NCBI GenBank assembly: GCA_965140445.1
Contig: OZ223236.1
Span: 576,001 to 640,000, forward strand
DNA length: 64,000 nt
Direction of reading: 5' to 3'
Source: Candidatus Ozemobacteraceae bacterium
Lineage (GTDB): Bacteria; Muiribacteriota; Ozemobacteria; Ozemobacterales; Ozemobacteraceae
Shown here: one piece after another, positions 57,966-64,000 of the stretch
How positions within the stretch are numbered: position 1 is the stretch's first letter
How the letters are laid out: each line of letters opens with the position of its first letter
Notes under the pieces: model-generated
The model's input: only the letters and a program-made list of their open reading frames with translations
Databases searched by the model: none
What the model was told of the DNA's origin: nothing
Position numbers and translations under genes: made by a program

Positions 57966-58349
57966 ATGATTAAGAATTTGAAAGTTCTATTTGTAATACT
58001 TCTCGTAGTTTTGTCAGTGCCTTGCATGGCTCTTGATTGTTCGAAACTTTCTAAAGCAATGAATGAAGCAGCTTATGCTGGAGATTATGTTAATCATTTG
58101 ATGCATCCTGGAATGCCAAAACCTTGGACTAATCCAATGTATATGACCATGATGAATAAAATTTCAGATGCATGGAAAGTAATAACTGCAGAAGTTTGCA
58201 CTATTGAAAATAAAAAAGAAATTGAAAAATGTCAGGCTGTTATCGAAAGCTTTAAGCAGCTCCAGGGAACTTACAGAGACCTTGGACACCAGGTTCAGGT
58301 TAGTCTTGATGACAGAATCAAGTTCCTTGAAGCTCATGGAAGTCTTTAA
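57966..58349 (+). CDS. small secreted Met/His-rich helical protein
   Basis: Signal peptide; NHLMHPGMPKPWTNPMYMTMM; RBS AAGGGGA. Confidence 0.85.
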   Translation: MIKNLKVLFVILLVVLSVPCMALDCSKLSKAMNEAAYAGDYVNHLMHPGMPKPWTNPMYMTMMNKISDAWKVITAEVCTIENKKEIEKCQAVIESFKQLQGTYRDLGHQVQVSLDDRIKFLEAHGSL

Positions 58350-58367
58350 TACATAAACGAAAATCAG

Positions 58368-58405
58368 AAAACCGCTTTGCAGATAAATGCAAAGCGGTTT
58401 TTTTT
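58368..58405 (+). terminator. intrinsic terminator
   Basis: AAAACCGCTTTGC-AGATAAAT-GCAAAGCGGTTTTTTTT. Confidence 0.9.
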
Positions 58406-58518
58406 GAAACTGAATAAAACTTTTTTGGATGTTTAACGTATTTTTAAGATTGGCATAGCAAATATTTTGCATTTATTTTTTATCTAAAATTAAAGAAGTC
58501 TATTTGGGGTAAGGATTG

Positions 58519-59682
58519 ATGAGGCAGTGGTTTTATTTACAATCAGGGCAAAAATTTGGTCCTGTTGAGCAAAATGAGCTGATTCAGATGATAAAAGATG
58601 GGCAATTGAGCCATCAGGATTTTATCTGGACCGATGGAATGCCCGAATGGGGAATGGTTGAGAAGTCACCATTTGCTAAACTCGTCCAAAACGAGTCTGC
58701 AAAAGAAAGCAATCTAAAAAAATCAGTATCTCCCGCTCCCGCTCCCGCTCCCGCTCCCGCGAGCGAATCTTTTTCTACAAAATCAGAAAAATCAGAAACT
58801 CAGAAAAACCCAATAGAGAATGGCAAAGAGCAAACTGCAAAAGAAATTTCAATTTCAGGAAAATCTTATAGACATTCGGGCATTTATGAACCCATTGGCT
58901 TTGCATACGTTCTAGGGATTGCTGGTGGTGGAACTATTTTGTTGGCTCTGATTTACAACCTCATTCTCAAGAATATGCCATTTGTTCAGTTTAACTTCCT
59001 GTTTGCCTGGGGATATGCCGTTGGATCTGGAAAGCTGATCAAAATTGGTGGCAAAATGGGAAAGATCCGGGATAATCAGATTTTAACCATAGCTGGCTTA
59101 GTAATGGGAACGTTTTCACTATATATTGCCTGGGTTATTTATATTTCAATGATGCAGGGCGGTATTGTTGTTTTTCCAACAACTCTTATGCGCCATATGG
59201 AAATGTTGGCAGAGAAGGGAAGCTGGGAATTCTTTGGTTCTACCTTTACAGGGGTTGAGCTTGTTGGAATCTGGGCTATCGAAGCTTTACTTATAATTGT
59301 ATATAGTGCTCTTGCTGCACAGGTTGACGAACCTTTCTGTGAAGACTGTCACGATTGGATTGAAGCCAGAGATGAAATTAGTCCCCTTGCTCCCACAAAG
59401 CGCGGAGAGCTAATCGGCAAAGCCATTCAAAGGGGTGACTTTTCCCTTTTAAAAGAGATTAAACGCGCGCCCGACGCTAAATCTGATCACACAAAGATTA
59501 CTATGCTTCGTTGTCTGGCATGCAATAAAAAACATTTTCTGACAGTTTCTTCCATTGCTATGCCAGGGAAATCAAATGGTGTTTCCAGGCGCAAGGAAAC
59601 ATTCATCGTAAAGAATTTGATTATAAATCAGGAAATATTTAAGTCTCTGATGACTAATTGGAAAGATCAAAACAGTATTTAG
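58519..59682 (+). CDS. GYF_2 (DUF4339) domain membrane protein with C-terminal CxxC...CxxC
   Basis: WFY..GQKFGPV...IWTDGMPEW; about four TMs; FCEDC and RCLAC. Confidence 0.85.
   Translation: MRQWFYLQSGQKFGPVEQNELIQMIKDGQLSHQDFIWTDGMPEWGMVEKSPFAKLVQNESAKESNLKKSVSPAPAPAPAPASESFSTKSEKSETQKNPIENGKEQTAKEISISGKSYRHSGIYEPIGFAYVLGIAGGGTILLALIYNLILKNMPFVQFNFLFAWGYAVGSGKLIKIGGKMGKIRDNQILTIAGLVMGTFSLYIAWVIYISMMQGGIVVFPTTLMRHMEMLAEKGSWEFFGSTFTGVELVGIWAIEALLIIVYSALAAQVDEPFCEDCHDWIEARDEISPLAPTKRGELIGKAIQRGDFSLLKEIKRAPDAKSDHTKITMLRCLACNKKHFLTVSSIAMPGKSNGVSRRKETFIVKNLIINQEIFKSLMTNWKDQNSI
58731..58760 (+). repeat. (TCCCGC)x5 in-frame microsatellite encoding a Pro-Ala linker
   Basis: Five perfect hexamers; translates as PAPAPAPAPA. 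Confidence 0.9.
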
Positions 59683-59842
59683 TTTCAAACAGCCTTTTTG
59701 TTAACCAAATTTCAACTTTTGTCGATTTAAAACTCACCTGAATGGAAATGCCTTATAAAGATAGGCTTTAACTTAAATGCTTAATTTTCAATTTGGGTCT
59801 TAATAGTTATAATTAAGAAAAATGTTATTGGGTGAGGGTGAA

Positions 59843-61141
59843 ATGCGACAGTGGTATTATTCGCAATCAGGACAGCAACTAGGCCCGGTTGAGCAAAATG
59901 ATTTAATTCAGATGATAAAAGAGGGGCGACTAAGTCATCAGGATTATATTTGGACTGAAGGAATGCCAGAATGGGGAGCTATTGAAAAGTCTCCTTTTGC
60001 TAAATTTGCTACTGCGCCGCATTCAGGGACAAGGCCAGTTAACACTGATATTCAGGATATAAATGAAACGGGTTCTCCAACTATGGAAGAGCCTGCCCAA
60101 CAAACTTTTGAGCCTGAACCTGCATATACTCCCCAGCTCCAATCTCAGCCTCAATCTCAACCCCAGCCACAGGCTCAGGATTTTTCTTCCAATATGCCTG
60201 TTAGCCCTCTAAGCCAGGGTGTTGTTGAATCTAAACCAGAAACCTTAAAATCTGGCGGAAGACTTATGGATTCAGCTGCAGACAAAAAGACCGAGGTTAA
60301 AGAGCCTAAAATTTCTGGAAAAAGCTACCAGCATTCTGGCAATTTTGAACCAATCGGTATGGCATATGTTCTTGGAATCGCTGGCGGTGGCATTCTTTTA
60401 ATGTCTCCAATTTATAGTGCTGGAATAAAGTATATTCCTATGATTTATTTGAACATTTTGCTTACTCTTGGATACGGTTTTGCATCAGGTTTTCTTGTTA
60501 ATCTTGGCGGAAAGATGGGTAAAGTGCGAAACAATCAGCTTTTGACCGTAACTGGTCTGTTGATGGGTGTTTATGCTCTTTATTGTGCCTGGGCATCATA
60601 CTTCACCATTGTTTTGGGGGAGATGGTTGTTTCTCCAATTACCATTATGAAATATATGGAAATTGTTTCTGAAAAAGGTAGCTGGTCTATTAAAGGATCT
60701 ATGGTTAATGGTGCAGCGCTCTACGCTGTGTGGGCAATTGAGGCACTCATAATAATTATTACAGGAGCTTTTTCAGCAAAAATAGAAGAGCCTTTCTGTG
60801 AAGATTGCAACGACTGGATTGAAACCAAAGATGAGATTGGACCGCTTGAGCCAACATTACATGGAGATCTGATCGCCAAGGCTCTCCAAAGAAGCGATTT
60901 TACAATTCTAAAAGCAATAAAGCCGTCTATGGACAGTGAGTCCGATCACACCAAATTAACCATGCTTCGCTGTTTGGCCTGCAATAAGAAATTCTTTTTG
61001 ACTGTAACTTCGGTGGCGTTCGTAATCAATTCAAAGGGAAAAAGTGAGCGGAGCGAAACTCATATCGTAAAAAATCTCATCATCAATCAGGAAATCTTTA
61101 AATCTCTCATGGCCAACTGGAAAGGTGCTGGCGGTTTCTAA
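59843..61141 (+). CDS. GYF_2 (DUF4339) domain membrane protein, paralogue of the upstream gene
   Basis: WYY..GQQLGPV...IWTEGMPEW; P/Q-rich linker; FCEDC, RCLAC; shared C-terminal IVKNLIINQEIFKSLM. Confidence 0.85.
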   Translation: MRQWYYSQSGQQLGPVEQNDLIQMIKEGRLSHQDYIWTEGMPEWGAIEKSPFAKFATAPHSGTRPVNTDIQDINETGSPTMEEPAQQTFEPEPAYTPQLQSQPQSQPQPQAQDFSSNMPVSPLSQGVVESKPETLKSGGRLMDSAADKKTEVKEPKISGKSYQHSGNFEPIGMAYVLGIAGGGILLMSPIYSAGIKYIPMIYLNILLTLGYGFASGFLVNLGGKMGKVRNNQLLTVTGLLMGVYALYCAWASYFTIVLGEMVVSPITIMKYMEIVSEKGSWSIKGSMVNGAALYAVWAIEALIIIITGAFSAKIEEPFCEDCNDWIETKDEIGPLEPTLHGDLIAKALQRSDFTILKAIKPSMDSESDHTKLTMLRCLACNKKFFLTVTSVAFVINSKGKSERSETHIVKNLIINQEIFKSLMANWKGAGGF

Positions 61142-61163
61142 GAATCTGGGTAAATTTGGAGAG

Positions 61164-62147
61164 CTACAGATTTAAATAGAAGTCCACTGGTTGAAGCTCT
61201 ATCGAGTTTATTCCCTTGTCAATTACCAGAAAGTTTCTAATTGCCTGACACATGTGGCATTTGTTCAAGTATTCATGCCCGGTTACAAATCCATATTTCT
61301 CGCAGGCAATATCAAGCAGACCGCCTACTCCATGGTTAAAAAGACTTGTAAGAAATGGGTATTTTCTTTCATCAAGCGGCGCTCCCAGATCTTCAACTTT
61401 TATCGCTAAACCAGCGCATAAACCAGGAATAAAATTGCCGTAAAGGTCAATGTGAAAATGATTTGTCTGCAAAAGCTCAGAACAGCCAGTCCGATCAGAA
61501 GCGATGTCGACTGAAGATCTTGGTGCATAAACACCTTTCAAAAAATTAACTGCCCGTCCGCCTGGTTGTAACCAGAAACGCTGTGCAATGCTTTGTTTGT
61601 AGTTCTCGCCATAATAGTTTCCGAGTTCTTCAATGCTATGAGGCATCGATTTGTCAAATGCAGAAAGCTCCTGATAAAACTCTTCTTTCCATGGAAATAC
61701 CTTAAGGCCAACAGTCTGGCAGGAAGTTAACACTCCATCAACTTTATAAAGAGGTGTGTATTCTTGATGAAACGGACTTATAGAGACAAGGAGCCCCTTT
61801 GCTCCCAGTATTCTCACCTGCATTAGAAGATTGTCTGCACTCGCTTTATCTGTAAACCAGGCGCAGTTAGTTTCGATATAGTCAACGCGAATGTTGGCAC
61901 TGCGAGCAGCTTTTAAAACTTCCAAAAGATCTTTAGGCTGCAAAAATGGCTCTCCACCGCCAATGTGAATTGCAGAACACCCCATTTTCTGGATCAGGTT
62001 AAAATACTTTGTGGCATTACTACTACTCATATAATTTTGTCTGCGGTTTGGAGAGCAGACGTAAAGGCAATGCCGACAATTTGAAGTGCAGGAATAGTTC
62101 GTGATGAACCCACCAGATGAAAGTCTTTTGATATCAAGTTTGGGCAT
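61164..62147 (-). CDS. radical SAM protein
   Basis: CTSNCRHC, GGGEPFL, IETN; C-terminal Cys residues (CSE, LCAG, CHMC). Confidence 0.9.
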   Translation of the reverse strand: MPKLDIKRLSSGGFITNYSCTSNCRHCLYVCSPNRRQNYMSSSNATKYFNLIQKMGCSAIHIGGGEPFLQPKDLLEVLKAARSANIRVDYIETNCAWFTDKASADNLLMQVRILGAKGLLVSISPFHQEYTPLYKVDGVLTSCQTVGLKVFPWKEEFYQELSAFDKSMPHSIEELGNYYGENYKQSIAQRFWLQPGGRAVNFLKGVYAPRSSVDIASDRTGCSELLQTNHFHIDLYGNFIPGLCAGLAIKVEDLGAPLDERKYPFLTSLFNHGVGGLLDIACEKYGFVTGHEYLNKCHMCQAIRNFLVIDKGINSIELQPVDFYLNL

Positions 62148-62246
62148 AATTTTTTTGAACTGCTTATCTAAGTATTGAATTTTTTCACAGGCGTGATAAG
62201 TTTAGTCTCTGAAAACAAATAAAATCAACTATAAACAGGAAATAAA

Positions 62247-63293
62247 ATGAGTTTATCTTCACCTGATCTACAAAGAATTCTTAGGGAAAACCATGTCGCT
62301 GGTGTCAGTTTTGCGGTTATTAGAGATTTCAAGATAGCTTATGCGCAATGCGAAGGAATGCTTGATGCCAATTCTCATGAGCCCCTCTGGCCGGATACTA
62401 TTTTTCAGGGTGCCTCAATCAGCAAGGCTATGACCACGCTTTTGACGCTAAAATTGGTCGAAGACGGCAAAATTGATCTCGATAAGCCCATTAATAAATG
62501 TCTTAAATCATGGAAGATTCCTGCCAATAAGTGGACCAGAGAAACCCCGGTTACCATCAGGCATATTTTAAGCCATTTTTCCGGGATCAATGTTCCAACT
62601 TATCGCGGATACATTGAAGGTGACGATTTACCATCTTTGATGGACATACTCGACGGAACAGATCCAGCTGACTCTCTGCCAGTGAGAGTTGAAACTGCAG
62701 TTGATGAACAGTTTATTTATTCTACTGGCTCTTTCGCTGTATTGGAGCTTCTTCTTGAGGAAATTACAAATCAGAGATTTGAAACTCTAATGCAGCATAA
62801 TGTTTTTGGTCCTCTCCAGATGCATAGAACTTCTTTTAGTCAGCCGCTTTCAGATGAGTTTCGTGGAAATGCCGCATCTGGTCATAGATCCGATGGACAG
62901 CCAGTTGCCGGAAACTACTTTATTTATCCCGCGCTTGCCGGAAGCGCTATTTGGACAACGCCTACTGATCTGGCAAAGGCAGCAGTTCATCTGCAAAAGA
63001 TTCTAAGAGGCTGGGACTCGGGAATACTTAAGCCGGAAACTGTTTCAGAAATGTTAAGTCCTTACAGGATTGAGTCTTTTGGTCTTGGCTTTGCTCTTTA
63101 CCAGGATAAAGGCCATGGAACATATTTCGGTCACACAGGTAACACTGAAGGATTTAGATCAATGTTTATGGCCCATAAAGAAAATGGCTCGGGCGCGTTT
63201 ATTCTTGTGAACAGTGATAACGCTGACCCTGTTATTAAGCAGGTTATTAATAGAATCGCCCAGACTGAAGGTTGGGAAGGTTTTTTCTGGTAA
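62247..63293 (+). CDS. serine hydrolase, beta-lactamase (class C-like) family
   Basis: ASISK (SxxK), ILSHFSG, FIYST, GHTG. Confidence 0.9.
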   Translation: MSLSSPDLQRILRENHVAGVSFAVIRDFKIAYAQCEGMLDANSHEPLWPDTIFQGASISKAMTTLLTLKLVEDGKIDLDKPINKCLKSWKIPANKWTRETPVTIRHILSHFSGINVPTYRGYIEGDDLPSLMDILDGTDPADSLPVRVETAVDEQFIYSTGSFAVLELLLEEITNQRFETLMQHNVFGPLQMHRTSFSQPLSDEFRGNAASGHRSDGQPVAGNYFIYPALAGSAIWTTPTDLAKAAVHLQKILRGWDSGILKPETVSEMLSPYRIESFGLGFALYQDKGHGTYFGHTGNTEGFRSMFMAHKENGSGAFILVNSDNADPVIKQVINRIAQTEGWEGFFW

Positions 63294-64000
63294 TGAACAA
63301 AACAATTAAAAAACCCGAGTTAATGTCTCCCGCTGGCGATTTTGTAAGTTTAAAAGCTGCCATAGACGCTGGGGCAGATGCTGTTTATTTCGGTATTGTC
63401 GAAATGAATATGCGTGCAAACGCCAGAAATTTTCATTTGGACGATCTTCCTGAAATTGTGAAAATTTGTCATGAAAGCTCGGTAAAAGCATATCTGGCAT
63501 TAAATACAATTATATTTGACCATGAAGTTGAAAAAGCTAGAGTCCTGGTAAGAAGCGCTGCAGATGCAGGAGTAGATGCTGTTATCTGCTGGGATTTCGC
63601 TATTCTGGAAGCGGCGAGAGAGTATAACATTGAAGCCTTTATTTCTACCCAGATGTCGGTTGCTAACTCATTAAGCATAGAATTCTTTTACAAGAATCTT
63701 GGTATAAATAGATTTGTTCTGGCGCGAGAATGCACTCTGGAAGAGATCGTTTCAATTAAGAAAAATCTTGCGGCAAGACTTGGTGACGAAGCGAAGAATA
63801 TTGAAATTGAAGTTTTTGCCCATGGCGCAATGTGTGTTTCAGTTAGTGGTCGCTGCTTCATGTCACAGTTTCATTTTGACAAATCTGGTAACCGTGGTGA
63901 GTGTAAGCAGCCTTGCAGAAGAGAATACACGATTACAGAAGAGCGTGATGGAAAATCCTATGTCCTGGGAAAAGACTATGTAATGAGTCCTAAAGATATT
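63293..64000 (+). CDS. peptidase U32 family Fe-S protein (TrhP/RlhA/UbiU-like), 3' truncated by window; missing from the ORF track
   Basis: Manual translation from ATG 63293 is open to the window end: PELMSPAG...GADAVYFG...STQMSVAN...RFVLARE...EVFAHGAMCVSVSGRCFMS...NRGECKQPCRR. Confidence 0.92.
   Translation, partial: MNKTIKKPELMSPAGDFVSLKAAIDAGADAVYFGIVEMNMRANARNFHLDDLPEIVKICHESSVKAYLALNTIIFDHEVEKARVLVRSAADAGVDAVICWDFAILEAAREYNIEAFISTQMSVANSLSIEFFYKNLGINRFVLARECTLEEIVSIKKNLAARLGDEAKNIEIEVFAHGAMCVSVSGRCFMSQFHFDKSGNRGECKQPCRREYTITEERDGKSYVLGKDYVMSPKDI

Noticed and set aside
58451..58471. Second sigma54 promoter (TGGCATAGCAAATATTTTGCA)
   Set aside because: The GG-to-GC spacing is not 10 nt.
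62247..63293. Bona fide AmpC antibiotic-resistance gene
   Set aside because: No signal peptide, and YST/HTG instead of YxN/KTG; more likely a generic esterase or peptidase.
63306..63983. Short ORFs 63306-63509, 63469-63678 and 63714-63983
   Set aside because: Shadow frames of the U32 gene that starts at 63293 and runs off the window.

Overview
AT-rich bacterial chromosomal window. The gene content (HAMP plus class III cyclases, an N-methylated pilin fusion, a MoxR/DUF58/BatA/vWA cluster, sigma54 regulation, an SLH-like protein) suggests a poorly studied anaerobic lineage such as Ca. Riflebacteria; this is inference only. 1-13 kb: signalling genes (two coupled adenylate cyclase-like genes with complementary half active sites, a large hybrid histidine kinase) and envelope genes. 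13-17 kb: an Hsp20 with a signal peptide, a lipoprotein and a DAACS transporter. 17-37 kb: a minus-strand run of MoxR AAA, DUF58, BatA/vWA, vWA/GATase-like, DUF4159, DUF4175-like, TPR, conserved protein, M48, SLH-like, inactive M48 and HEAT genes. 37-45 kb: three tandem paralogues, then a sigma54-driven RND pump with its divergent activator. After tRNA-Gly(CCC) at 45.5 kb the region looks accessory. It holds a duplicated ~185-bp structured putative sRNA locus (47.5 and 54.8 kb), a nested hairpin repeat array, a pilin fused to chitin-binding-like modules, a stand-alone mini-FlhA, a signal-peptide NadD/nucleoside-phosphorylase fusion, a GYF_2 paralogue pair, a radical SAM enzyme, a serine hydrolase and a U32 protein cut by the window end. 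No CRISPR array, integrase or transposase was seen. All family calls come from motif recognition by eye, not from database searches.
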